Source: a virus. Taken from it: a DNA stretch of 44,483 bases. This document shows positions 15,891 through 23,671 of this stretch, piece by piece. The notes below the pieces were generated by a model that saw nothing but the letters and a program-made list of their open reading frames with translations, ran no database searches and had not been told where the DNA came from. How positions within the stretch are numbered: position 1 is the stretch's first letter; every line of letters starts with the position of its first letter. A program made the translations under genes and the position numbers. The DNA lies in the IMG/VR virus record IMGVR_UViG_3300029375_000005; one strand, written 5' to 3'.

Positions 15891-16376
15891 CTAATACGGT
15901 ATATTATTCAATTTTCCGTGCAAGTACAGCACTTTTTGAAGTGCATTCCATGCCTCACACCATCTATCAGAAAATGGTTCCCACCTCTCGATTTCTGCCC
16001 GGTAAAAATCAATATCAAGCAAACATTCCTTCAATTCAGCTTTTTTCTTTTGTTCTTCCTTACGCCTCATTTCCATCTGCTTTTGGTGGTGATATATTGC
16101 CATTCTGGAAGAGAAGTTTGGTTTCTGGTAAGTCCCCCCAAGTACGGTAAAAGCTGTCTTAAAATCGCAATTATCCATGTTCTGGATAAATGTAAATATG
16201 TCGCCTGTTGCACCACAGCCAAAGCAATAATAACTGTCTTTATAGATTTTCATGGATGCGGTACGGTCACCGTTATGAAAGGGACACTGCATAAATCCTG
16301 CTCTGTTTGGAACCATACCATATCTGCTCAGAACGTCCCTCATGCTATTCTGTTGTTTAATTGTTTCTTTATCCAT
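15891..16376 (-). CDS. CHC2 (DnaG-type) zinc-finger protein without a visible Toprim domain
   Basis: CPFHNGDRTASMKIYKDSYYCFGCGATGDIFTFI. Start set at MDKETIK (16376), where ATGGATAA overlaps the upstream stop. Confidence 0.8.
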   Translation of the reverse strand: MDKETIKQQNSMRDVLSRYGMVPNRAGFMQCPFHNGDRTASMKIYKDSYYCFGCGATGDIFTFIQNMDNCDFKTAFTVLGGTYQKPNFSSRMAIYHHQKQMEMRRKEEQKKKAELKECLLDIDFYRAEIERWEPFSDRWCEAWNALQKVLYLHGKLNNIPY

Positions 16377-16857
16377 TTGACAGAATCTCCAAAATTCTTT
16401 TGCCAGTGTTTTTCTTGTCACAAAACAGAAATTCAACATCATACTTGCGTTGCATCGTGCAAAGAATCTTATATAAGACATCTCCATGCATAACTTTCTG
16501 TTCCTGCTCTACCCAGACGCCATTTTTTTTAACTCTTTTCTTTGTTCGGGGATTCTCCCACCAGAGAACATCATCCAGTTTTTCAATCCCTTTTCCATGC
16601 TCACACAGGAACACGAGCTTTATTCCTGCTTCATTTGCCCGGATGATCTCAGCACGAAATCTTTCATGCTGCTGGCACACATTTCCACATAATTCAGAAA
16701 GATTTTGCTTTCGGTCAATAACCAGTCGAGGGTTGTCGTAATTCATGTAATCCCCGACGTAGAGCTTCGACACAAACCATTTCTCCCCTGCTGCATCAAA
16801 TGCTTTCTTAATGCCATCAATAACTTTCTGGTGTTCCCTACTGTCAATTTGTATCAT
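16369..16857 (-). CDS. ERCC4/Mus81-type nuclease (candidate junction resolvase)
   Basis: VGDYMNYDNPRLVIDRKQNLSELCGNV matches the GDx(n)ERKx3D ERCC4 motif. ATGA overlap with ssb. Confidence 0.7.
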   Translation of the reverse strand: MIQIDSREHQKVIDGIKKAFDAAGEKWFVSKLYVGDYMNYDNPRLVIDRKQNLSELCGNVCQQHERFRAEIIRANEAGIKLVFLCEHGKGIEKLDDVLWWENPRTKKRVKKNGVWVEQEQKVMHGDVLYKILCTMQRKYDVEFLFCDKKNTGKRILEILSNG

Positions 16858-17276
16858 GCGAACGGTATCTCCTCGTCAATTCCATCTGGAATACTCATAA
16901 AACCATCCGGGTCTGTTTCTGGACGCGGCACCTCCGACTTCTGCTGGCTCTGGTTAGCGCCTTTGCTTTCGCCAAACTCAATCTCCTCCACGACAATGTC
17001 TGTCGTGTATACCTTCTGTCCATCACGATTAGTGTAACTGCCGGTCTGGATTCTCCCGGATAAATCCGCTTTCATTCCTTTAGAAAAATATTTCTCGATA
17101 AATTCTGCCGACTTTCCGAAAGCGATACAATTCAAAAAATCTGCTTTCTGATCGGAACCCTCTTTCACGAATCTTCTGTCTACCGCAATAGAAAGCCTTG
17201 CAATAGATGTCCCATCATTGGTGTACTTTATTTCTGGATCACGTGTAAATCTTCCTGTAAGAATTACTTTATTCAT
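16854..17276 (-). CDS. ssb: Single-stranded DNA-binding protein
   Basis: MNKVILTGRFTRDPEIKYT... OB fold and acidic C-terminal tail DEEIPFA. SD AAGGAG 7 nt upstream of the ATG at 17276. Confidence 0.9.
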   Translation of the reverse strand: MNKVILTGRFTRDPEIKYTNDGTSIARLSIAVDRRFVKEGSDQKADFLNCIAFGKSAEFIEKYFSKGMKADLSGRIQTGSYTNRDGQKVYTTDIVVEEIEFGESKGANQSQQKSEVPRPETDPDGFMSIPDGIDEEIPFA

Positions 17277-17280
17277 GCTG

Positions 17281-17910
17281 TTACTCCTTTTCTGTATGCT
17301 GTTTGTCATAGTCAATTAATATCTTCAGGCATTTCTGACCTTTTTCCTTGGTAAGAGACTTAATATCGTTTACCTTAAAACGAGTTTTAATCTGTTCCAA
17401 AAGCTTAGCTTCCGGGTACTTATCAATGATATTTTTAATTGACATAGTAGTCTCGGAACTAATCATCTCAGTTTCTTTTGCCGATTCCGCTTTCCTGCCG
17501 GACGTTTTTCCTTTCTCTCCTGTATTAGTAGAATCACTGTCTTTATTATCATCAATACAGAACAGTCCATTTAAAGCGTATTTTCTGGCATAAGATGAAG
17601 CTGCACCTGTCACCTGTGAAGAATCCATGCCTTTCTTAGACTCTTCTTCCCTTGCATAAGCAACAGTTGTAATCTCACCGGTATCTTCACAGTCGTTCAG
17701 ATGAGCTTCTGCCCTGACATATATTCTGTCTCCAACAACTTCCATCCGATCTGTGACGCTTAACACAGTCTTTGTTTCTGCCAGAAGCGGTTTTACAGCC
17801 TCCAGAATATCCTCACAGCTCCTGTATTTGTATTTCCCGAAGGAATTGTACTGTCCTTTAGGGGCTTTCAGCTTTGACTGAATAATACCTAACTTCTCAT
17901 ATATATTCAC
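17281..17910 (-). CDS. ERF-family single-strand annealing recombinase
   Basis: NSFGKYKYRSCEDILEAVKPLL ... SYARKYALNGLF. GTG start with AAGGAGG 7 nt upstream. Confidence 0.85.
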   Translation of the reverse strand: MNIYEKLGIIQSKLKAPKGQYNSFGKYKYRSCEDILEAVKPLLAETKTVLSVTDRMEVVGDRIYVRAEAHLNDCEDTGEITTVAYAREEESKKGMDSSQVTGAASSYARKYALNGLFCIDDNKDSDSTNTGEKGKTSGRKAESAKETEMISSETTMSIKNIIDKYPEAKLLEQIKTRFKVNDIKSLTKEKGQKCLKILIDYDKQHTEKE

Positions 17911-17912
17911 TT

Positions 17913-18113
17913 CTATTCCTCCTTGTCATAAACCACATGTTTGCTGCCCTCAATAATCAGCAAGCTTGCAATATCTTTCATTGATAAGGTTGATTCGTTA
18001 TAGATTTCGACCAGTGCGTTGTGTGCGTCTGATGAAACCTTTACAACCTGATTGTCTTTTCCGGTTACCAGTTGTTTCTTTCTTGCCGGAATACGGATTT
18101 CAAATTCACTCAT
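17913..18113 (-). CDS. Hypothetical protein (66 aa)
   Basis: ORF track. SD AAGGAGG upstream of the start. Confidence 0.55.
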   Translation of the reverse strand: MSEFEIRIPARKKQLVTGKDNQVVKVSSDAHNALVEIYNESTLSMKDIASLLIIEGSKHVVYDKEE

Positions 18114-18276
18114 TCGTTTCCTCCTTATACGATTTCTGAGCCGTTAAAAGCCCATTTAGAGCCTGTACATAGTTTGCTAGCATTCTTGCCTTGTATGATT
18201 CTTCAATGGGGTTATCCGGGACTGTGGCAAGCTGTATATCAATCAATCTCAGAACTTCATTAATTCTCTCATCCAT
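18106..18276 (-). CDS. Hypothetical small protein (56 aa, MDERINEVLRLIDIQ...)
   Basis: Below the ORF-track size cut-off and translated by hand. Fills the gap between flanking genes. Its stop overlaps the next ATG (ATGAGTGA). Confidence 0.45.
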   Translation of the reverse strand: MDERINEVLRLIDIQLATVPDNPIEESYKARMLANYVQALNGLLTAQKSYKEETNE

Positions 18277-18278
18277 GT

Positions 18279-18503
18279 TCACACCGCCTTGAAAAAACAG
18301 TACAGGTTGTCTGAAGCATCTCCGAACTTCTCTCCATCAATATCTTCGGCTTTGTGGTATTCCACATGATCCAGAGACATATCACAGTTTTCATAATCCA
18401 GAATGTAATCACCTCTGGACTGAAGCTCTCTGAGCAGCTCGTTGATACATCCTGCTATCTCCAGACTGGGAAGAAGTTTCATAATCGCTATCTGTTTACT
18501 CAT
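18279..18503 (-). CDS. Hypothetical acidic protein (74 aa from MSKQIAIM)
   Basis: Start set at 18503, where ATGAGTAA overlaps the upstream stop. Confidence 0.55.
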   Translation of the reverse strand: MSKQIAIMKLLPSLEIAGCINELLRELQSRGDYILDYENCDMSLDHVEYHKAEDIDGEKFGDASDNLYCFFKAV

Positions 18504-18777
18504 TTGGACACTTCCCATCTATCAGAAGTTCCAACAAGAATGCTTTGATTTTATTAAGCTTTTCACGGCTTTCTTTCTCGTAAAATGGATTAAAAGATAC
18601 GTCTTGGTACAAATCCCACTTGAATTTGCCGTAGGGAAGGGCAGCGTCTTCTTTTCTCTTGAGTCCACATGCTCTCAATCCATAAATTGAATAATCGAAT
18701 GAGACACTTGCTGTCGGAACTTCGTTCACGACTCTTTTGCATAATCCGTAAATTTCATCAATCTCTTTCTCGAACAT
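18496..18777 (-). CDS. Hypothetical protein (93 aa from MFEKEIDE)
   Basis: Tracked ORF 18496..18903 trimmed to Met43, which follows AAGGAGG. The upstream part overlaps a small membrane ORF in another frame. Confidence 0.55.
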   Translation of the reverse strand: MFEKEIDEIYGLCKRVVNEVPTASVSFDYSIYGLRACGLKRKEDAALPYGKFKWDLYQDVSFNPFYEKESREKLNKIKAFLLELLIDGKCPNE

Positions 18778-18797
18778 CTTCTTATCCTCCTTATTTC

Positions 18798-18929
18798 CTA
18801 CTGCCAGTCTGCTTCCATCTGGCGTACTGCCCATGCTGCCGAGATACCGAAAAAGATGTTTAGCCAGATAGGTATATCCACATATTTCCCGGCGAGCATG
18901 CATACGGCGATCAACATATATTCTTTCAT
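18798..18929 (-). CDS. Possible small membrane peptide (43 aa)
   Basis: Hand-translated: MKEYMLIAVCMLAGKYVDIPIWLNIFFGISAAWAVRQMEADWQ. The ATG lies 1 nt after the previous stop. Two hydrophobic stretches. Confidence 0.35.
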   Translation of the reverse strand: MKEYMLIAVCMLAGKYVDIPIWLNIFFGISAAWAVRQMEADWQ

Positions 18930-18930
18930 T

Positions 18931-19107
18931 TTATTTCATTTCTCCTGCAATCCACGCAAGGTTGCTTGCCACCAGTGCGGCAGCCGTCACAACCCATGCT
19001 GTGAACCATCTTTTTGACTTTTTCTTGCTTTCTTCGACAATTTCAGTCGCAAGTGTTACTTCGATGTCAGCCCATGTTGGCTGATTTTTGTTTCTAATTT
19101 CGCTCAT
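18931..19107 (-). CDS. Possible small membrane protein (58 aa)
   Basis: Hand-translated: MSEIRNKNQPTWADIEV...KRWFTAWVVTAAALVASNLAWIAGEMK, with one C-terminal TM. AAGGAG lies 13 nt upstream, which is a long spacing. Confidence 0.4.
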   Translation of the reverse strand: MSEIRNKNQPTWADIEVTLATEIVEESKKKSKRWFTAWVVTAAALVASNLAWIAGEMK

Positions 19108-19143
19108 ATCTAGCTAATTTCTCCTTATTTTTTCTTATTTGTC

Positions 19144-19172
19144 TTTACAATTAGCAGATAGAGAACTATAAT
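19144..19172 (+). promoter_or_regulatory. Near-consensus sigma70 promoter on the plus strand (TTTACA-17-TATAAT) inside the minus-strand early operon
   Basis: -35 at 19144-19149 and -10 at 19167-19172. Transcription would run antisense into the 109-aa gene. Downstream hairpins: CCACTAA-ggtgt-TTAGTGG and CCGG..GGAG-gtttcgg-CTCC..CCGG. Confidence 0.3.
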
Positions 19173-19242
19173 GTATCTATCCACTAAGGTGTTTTAGTGG
19201 TGCAAAGCTCCGGGGTGGAGGTTTCGGCTCCCTCCGGGGCAC

Positions 19243-19572
19243 TCACTTATTGAGAGCCTCTTTGCCTTTCCAGACATGACCAGTTACTTCATAGACTTTC
19301 CTAGGGCTTATGATGTATGTGATTCGTCCACCGGAAAGGCTTTTTGCTGGCTTGTTATTCTGCACAGCCACGCCAATCGGCAACCATCCATACACAATTC
19401 CTGCCCGGATTGCTGTAATAGGAAGTCCGATCAGTTGACTCGCGTCGGCTACGGTCATATTCTCTGACGAGAACTCCGGCATCTGTGGAATGCCTGATAT
19501 GATTCTCGCAACCTCTGCGGCGAACTGATGAATCTGTGCATTCTGCTCTACGTAATTATCAACTGCACTCAT
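19243..19572 (-). CDS. Putative HTH DNA-binding protein (excisionase/AlpA-like), 109 aa
   Basis: MTVADASQLIGLPITAIRAGIVYGWLP ... RITYIISPRKVYEVTG fits the pattern of small MerR-type phage DNA-binding proteins. The functional call is inference. Confidence 0.5.
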   Translation of the reverse strand: MSAVDNYVEQNAQIHQFAAEVARIISGIPQMPEFSSENMTVADASQLIGLPITAIRAGIVYGWLPIGVAVQNNKPAKSLSGGRITYIISPRKVYEVTGHVWKGKEALNK

Positions 19573-19585
19573 ATAAACCTCTTTT

Positions 19586-20278
19586 CTAACTGATACTCAT
19601 TTGAGCGTTACAGTCACGTATCATCATTACTGTATTGGTGCATGGATGCCAATTTCTGACATATTCCATAGATTCTTCAAATCTCAGCTTAGGAATGTTA
19701 TTGCGGGCATTTACTGTGAAGTAAGTCTTTATATCCCTGTTGCATTCAGCAAATACTTTCTTGCCAATTTCCTTGTAAGCATTTGATTCTTTCCCACCAA
19801 GGTGAGCAATTACGACACTTGACACTAAGTCCCTAATAGCTTCCTGCTGTGCATAGTCAATAGTCATGGTGTTTTCAAGTCTGTTAAGCCGTTCTTCGTG
19901 ATCTAAGAATCCTGTCGCAATAACCTGTATCTGTTCAACTGTCGTCAGTGGTTTCCGGTATGAGCCTGTCTTTCTGATTGTCGGAAGAACTTCATCCATA
20001 ACCCATGATTCGAATTTCTCTGCTGATGGAAGTTTCGATTTCATAATCAAGCGGTACAAATCTCCCTCTGTTATGAAACTTGCTTCCTGATTCCTGCCGA
20101 GAGAATCTGTGAGGTGGTGTTTTACCACCCCACGGCAATGCTGTTTAAGTGCATTAACCGTGTCCTTGTAACCAAGTGCTTTCGCAACGTCAGCTCCAAC
20201 AAAATACGGTTTCCCGTCAATTTCTATTGTTCGAATTTCTCCGAACTCTCCTGAATTAAAAATCTGTAATTCGTTCAT
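19586..20278 (-). CDS. Antirepressor (Bro-N domain plus ORF6C-like C-terminus)
   Basis: LQIFNSGEFGEIRTIEIDGKPYFVGADVAKALGY ... ESWVMDEVLPTIRKTGSY is the Bro-N signature. Confidence 0.85.
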   Translation of the reverse strand: MNELQIFNSGEFGEIRTIEIDGKPYFVGADVAKALGYKDTVNALKQHCRGVVKHHLTDSLGRNQEASFITEGDLYRLIMKSKLPSAEKFESWVMDEVLPTIRKTGSYRKPLTTVEQIQVIATGFLDHEERLNRLENTMTIDYAQQEAIRDLVSSVVIAHLGGKESNAYKEIGKKVFAECNRDIKTYFTVNARNNIPKLRFEESMEYVRNWHPCTNTVMMIRDCNAQMSIS

Positions 20279-20497
20279 TTATACTCCTTTCTGCTCTGGA
20301 ATTTTCGGTTCAAGAAACTTGTCAGTCCCAACAGATAACGCCCCGCAAATTAATTCGTATTCATCGAAATCTAATCTGCGATTTCCATTGAGAGAAAGAT
20401 TGAGTTTCTGAACAGGAATGCCAGTTTTATTGGCGACAAATGTCTGTGTTATGCCGTTGTTCTCAAGGTATGACTTAATTTTTTTACCAACGCACAT
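20279..20497 (-). CDS. Cro-like XRE-family HTH regulator (72 aa)
   Basis: KIKSYLENNGITQTFVANKTGIPVQKLNLSLNG. Start set at the ATG at 20497, 8 nt after AAGGAG. First gene of the leftward early operon. Confidence 0.8.
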   Translation of the reverse strand: MCVGKKIKSYLENNGITQTFVANKTGIPVQKLNLSLNGNRRLDFDEYELICGALSVGTDKFLEPKIPEQKGV

Positions 20498-20544
20498 TCT
20501 CATTTCTCCTTTCTGTTTGAATTTCGTTCTCATCGAACAATTAC

Positions 20545-20573
20545 AGTATAACTTCGAACTATCCGAATGTCAA
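20545..20573 (-). promoter_or_regulatory. Early lytic promoter (TTGACA-17-TATACT, minus strand)
   Basis: In the reverse complement, -35 is at 20568-20573, the 17-nt spacer contains TTCGAA, and -10 is at 20545-20550. Confidence 0.6.
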
Positions 20574-20579
20574 GAAGAA

Positions 20580-20598
20580 ATTTCGAGAAAATCGAAAT
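20580..20598. promoter_or_regulatory. Operator-like inverted repeat ATTTCGA-gaaaa-TCGAAAT
   Basis: Perfect 7-bp arms between the two divergent promoters. The half-site TCGAAAT recurs at 20614-20620 inside the plus-promoter spacer, and TTCGAA recurs at 20554-20559 inside the minus-promoter spacer. Confidence 0.5.
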
Positions 20599-20605
20599 TA
20601 TTTTA

Positions 20606-20634
20606 TTGACAGTTCGAAATTTCTATATTATTAT
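20606..20634 (+). promoter_or_regulatory. Repressor-gene promoter (TTGACA-17-TATTAT, plus strand)
   Basis: -35 at 20606-20611, -10 at 20629-20634. The spacer contains the TCGAAATTTC palindrome. Confidence 0.6.
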
Positions 20635-20658
20635 TAATCATGAAAGGAGGAACCGATA

Positions 20659-21003
20659 ATGACATTTGGCGAGAAAATCAAGCAAGCCAGAACGGCAAAG
20701 AAGCTGACTCAGAAGCAACTTGCAGAAAAAATCAATGCAAAGCATAATTCAATTAGCGACTGGGAAAAAGATAAGTGTAAACCAGATATGGACACCATTG
20801 AGCTTCTATGTGGCGTTTTGGAAGTAACACCGACATACCTCATGGGTTCTAAAAGCGATGACGATTATGCAATCATAATTGGAAATCTTATGTCAGAACC
20901 TGACATCTTAGATTTTATCGAGGAATACAAAGCACTCGATAAAGAAGATAAGAAAGCAATAAAACAAATAGTTTCATCACTAAACAAAAAGAGCAAGGGT
21001 TAA
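20659..21003 (+). CDS. cI-like XRE-family HTH repressor (114 aa, no peptidase domain)
   Basis: FGEKIKQARTAKKLTQKQLAEKINAKHNSISDWEKDK. SD AAAGGAGG upstream. Divergent from the cro-like gene. Confidence 0.85.
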   Translation: MTFGEKIKQARTAKKLTQKQLAEKINAKHNSISDWEKDKCKPDMDTIELLCGVLEVTPTYLMGSKSDDDYAIIIGNLMSEPDILDFIEEYKALDKEDKKAIKQIVSSLNKKSKG

Positions 21004-21116
21004 TCCCCTTGCTTCTTTGATTTTAGATATTTGATAAGAATTGTATAGACAAATTTTAACTTGCCCTCATTTTCAGTATTCTCTATCATCTCAATAATTT
21101 CCTTCTTATAATCCAT
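21000..21116 (-). CDS. Possible 38-aa ORF convergent with the repressor gene
   Basis: Hand-translated: MDYKKEIIEMIENTENEGKLKFVYTILIKYLKSKKQGD. SD GGGAGGA 7 nt upstream. Its stop overlaps the repressor stop. Could be fortuitous. Confidence 0.3.
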   Translation of the reverse strand: MDYKKEIIEMIENTENEGKLKFVYTILIKYLKSKKQGD

Positions 21117-21692
21117 AAATAATCCTCCCTGTCACAACTACCACCTACACTACAGTATATGTCCGGCTGTGGGAAATAGAACCGAACATTAGTTCGTTTT
21201 TGCTATTATACCATCTATTCCGACTCTTGGCAACTGCCAAATATACACATGGACTTTTGTTATTTCATAGGCAAACTTTACAATCTCAAAGAAAATTATG
21301 CTTTCACAGAAGAAAAATGCGAGATCACAAACTTTTCCACCGCCGTTGTTTGTATGCGGATACTTCTGGACAGAATGCTCCTGATATACCGTATACGAAT
21401 GAACTATCTGCATATCCTTCTGATTATTATTGGAAATTATCTTTTGTGGGGTATGTACAAGACTAAATACCTTATAGATCAGCAAGAGAAGTACAAAGCA
21501 CTTAAAACATTTCTTTTTCATCTAAATCACTCTATTTCGTTCTAAATCTTTACAATATGTTCGTAAAATGATAAAATAAAAATACCACATATAACCGTAC
21601 TTTACATAATATCGCAAAATCAGCGGTACAAAATACATAATCCGCATAAAAAGTGCGAAGCGTGGCGAAAACATATCAGGAGGGTGTTTATC

Positions 21693-21992
21693 ATGAATGA
21701 AAAGAAAAAATATTGTAAGCACTGCGGAGAACTTATTGACGACGACTGCGTAGTGTGTCCTAAGTGCGGAAAACAAGTAGAGCAGTTGACTTCTAACAAC
21801 AGAGACATCATCATTAATAATTCTGCATCTTCCTCTGCGTCCTCAGCGGCGAGTTCAGGTACACCGTATATAAAGCGGAAAATGCCATGGTATCTAAGCT
21901 GGTTCTGGATTTTAATATTGGGTGCTTGTTCTGGCGGAATATATTGGATTGTTGGAATTATAATGAGATCAAATTGGAAATCACATAATTAA
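21693..21992 (+). CDS. Zinc-ribbon protein with C-terminal TM segments (99 aa), lysogeny-module moron
   Basis: CKHCGELIDDDCVVCPKCG, an S-rich linker, then WYLSWFWILILGACSGGIYWIVGIIM. AGGAGG lies 9 nt upstream of the ATG at 21693. Confidence 0.7.
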   Translation: MNEKKKYCKHCGELIDDDCVVCPKCGKQVEQLTSNNRDIIINNSASSSASSAASSGTPYIKRKMPWYLSWFWILILGACSGGIYWIVGIIMRSNWKSHN

Positions 21993-22168
21993 ATAAAAAA
22001 CCGCCCTGGCATTGGCGTACCGGGACGGCGTTTATACATCTCCGGAGAGATGCTATATTCTGGCAAAACATATTGTATCATCTTCGGAGCAGTCGAACAA
22101 GACAGAAAATTTGTTCGGCTGTTATTTTTATACCTAAAAACAGCTACATAAAGAAAAGAGGAATAAAA

Positions 22169-23347
22169 ATGGCGAAGAAAAGAAAGAAATATCCAAAATT
22201 GCCGAATAACTTCGGCTCTATTCGGTACCTTGGCAAGAACCGGAGAAACTGCTTCGCAGTGCATCCACCGGCTACACCGGATGATACTGGCAAACTAAAA
22301 CGTCCGCCGGCGATCTGCTACGTGGATGACTGGATAAAAGGCTTTACTGTCCTGACAGCTTACAAAGCCGGCACGTATCAACCAGGCATGGAGCGGACTC
22401 TTGAGGTATCCCCCACAACCGACATAGACACTCTTATAAGCCGCTTGATTGCCGACTACAATACAATCAAGGGTGTAGAGGATAAGCACCCGGAAATCAA
22501 GAAATTGACGTTCTCAGAGGTATATAAACAGTTTTATGCGTGGAAGTTCCCAAATGGGACAAAACTGTCATGCAGTTCAAGGGAAGCATATCGGACGGCT
22601 TACACGAACTGCACCGTTCTGCACAATCGCATATTCGAAGATTTAAAGGCTCCTGATATGCAAAAGGTTATTGATGATTGCAAGCTGAAAAAGCAAAGCC
22701 AGATGGCTATTTTAACTCTATTCAAGCAGATGTACAAATATGCCGTATACTCAGAAATTGTAACGGAAAATAAGGCGTTATATGTCCATGTTAATGCTGA
22801 TAATGACACCGAACATGGAACGCCATTTTCTGATCAGGAACTACAAACTTTATGGGATAATGCCAACGATCCAGAAGTGCAGCTCATTCTTATTATGTGC
22901 TATTCTGGTTGGAGAATTGGTGAAGTGTTAAAACTTACGACCAACTTGGAAGAGAAATACTTTCAAGGTGGAATCAAAACAAAAGCCGGTAAAAACAGAA
23001 TTGTTCCGATACATCCTGCCATATACCATTTTGCTGAACAGAAAGTGCTGGCACAAGATGGAAAACTATGTGTATATACTCAGCAACACCATAGAAAAGC
23101 GTTGTTCTATCCTACACTGGAACGTTTGGGAATAGTCGGAAATCCGAAACACACGCCGCACGATTGTCGACATACCTTTTCTGCGCTGTGTGAAAAATAC
23201 GGTGTCCGGGAGAATGACCGAAAGCGAATGCTCGGCCACTCTTTTGGTGGAGATGTTACAAACGCTGTGTACGGCCACAGAACACTGGAAGAACTCCGGA
23301 CAGAAATAGAAAAGATAAAAGTTCCATTTGTGACTAACTGTGACTAA
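22169..23347 (+). CDS. int: Tyrosine recombinase / phage integrase
   Basis: Catalytic motifs HTPHDCRHTFSA and LGHS....AVYGH near the C-terminus. Start set at MAKKRKKYPKLP (22169) with an AAGAGGA SD. Confidence 0.9.
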   Translation: MAKKRKKYPKLPNNFGSIRYLGKNRRNCFAVHPPATPDDTGKLKRPPAICYVDDWIKGFTVLTAYKAGTYQPGMERTLEVSPTTDIDTLISRLIADYNTIKGVEDKHPEIKKLTFSEVYKQFYAWKFPNGTKLSCSSREAYRTAYTNCTVLHNRIFEDLKAPDMQKVIDDCKLKKQSQMAILTLFKQMYKYAVYSEIVTENKALYVHVNADNDTEHGTPFSDQELQTLWDNANDPEVQLILIMCYSGWRIGEVLKLTTNLEEKYFQGGIKTKAGKNRIVPIHPAIYHFAEQKVLAQDGKLCVYTQQHHRKALFYPTLERLGIVGNPKHTPHDCRHTFSALCEKYGVRENDRKRMLGHSFGGDVTNAVYGHRTLEELRTEIEKIKVPFVTNCD

Positions 23348-23594
23348 CGGAACCCATTTTAATCTTTCTAAAACAACCGAAATATCATTATCGAAATGCC
23401 GGAAACCCTATTAAAATCAACGTTTTCAGCGATTTTGCAAGGATTTCCCACATTTCATTTTCATTATTCTAATTTTATTGATTGTGACTAACAAATAGAA
23501 TTTAGAAAATTGTGCAAATGCCTGTAAATACAGTGTTTTTAGCACTATTATATTAGGAAACAATATTTTTATTTGTGACTAACGTGTGACTAAC
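23340..23594 (+). repeat. attP-like region with five direct GTGACTAAC repeats (candidate integrase arm sites)
   Basis: Copies at 23340-23348, 23350-23358, 23484-23492, 23575-23583 and 23586-23594. The first two overlap the last integrase codons. AT-rich, no ORF. Confidence 0.5.
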
Positions 23595-23635
23595 GATAAC
23601 AGTCTAAAACTTCCGAAATGATACTAAATATGTTT

Positions 23636-23667
23636 AAAGATAAAACTCCCGGGGTTAATTCCCCGGG
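23636..23667 (-). terminator. Rho-independent terminator after the endolysin gene
   Basis: CCCGGGG (23648-23654) / CCCCGGG (23661-23667) with a 6-nt loop. The minus strand continues AGTTTTATCTTT. Confidence 0.7.
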
Positions 23668-23671
23668 AAAA

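Noticed and set aside
22001-22033. Terminator-like hairpin after the zinc-ribbon gene
   Set aside because: The stem is imperfect (bulges and a G.T pair) and the T-tract is only TTT. This is too weak to call, and the integrase gene downstream may be co-transcribed.
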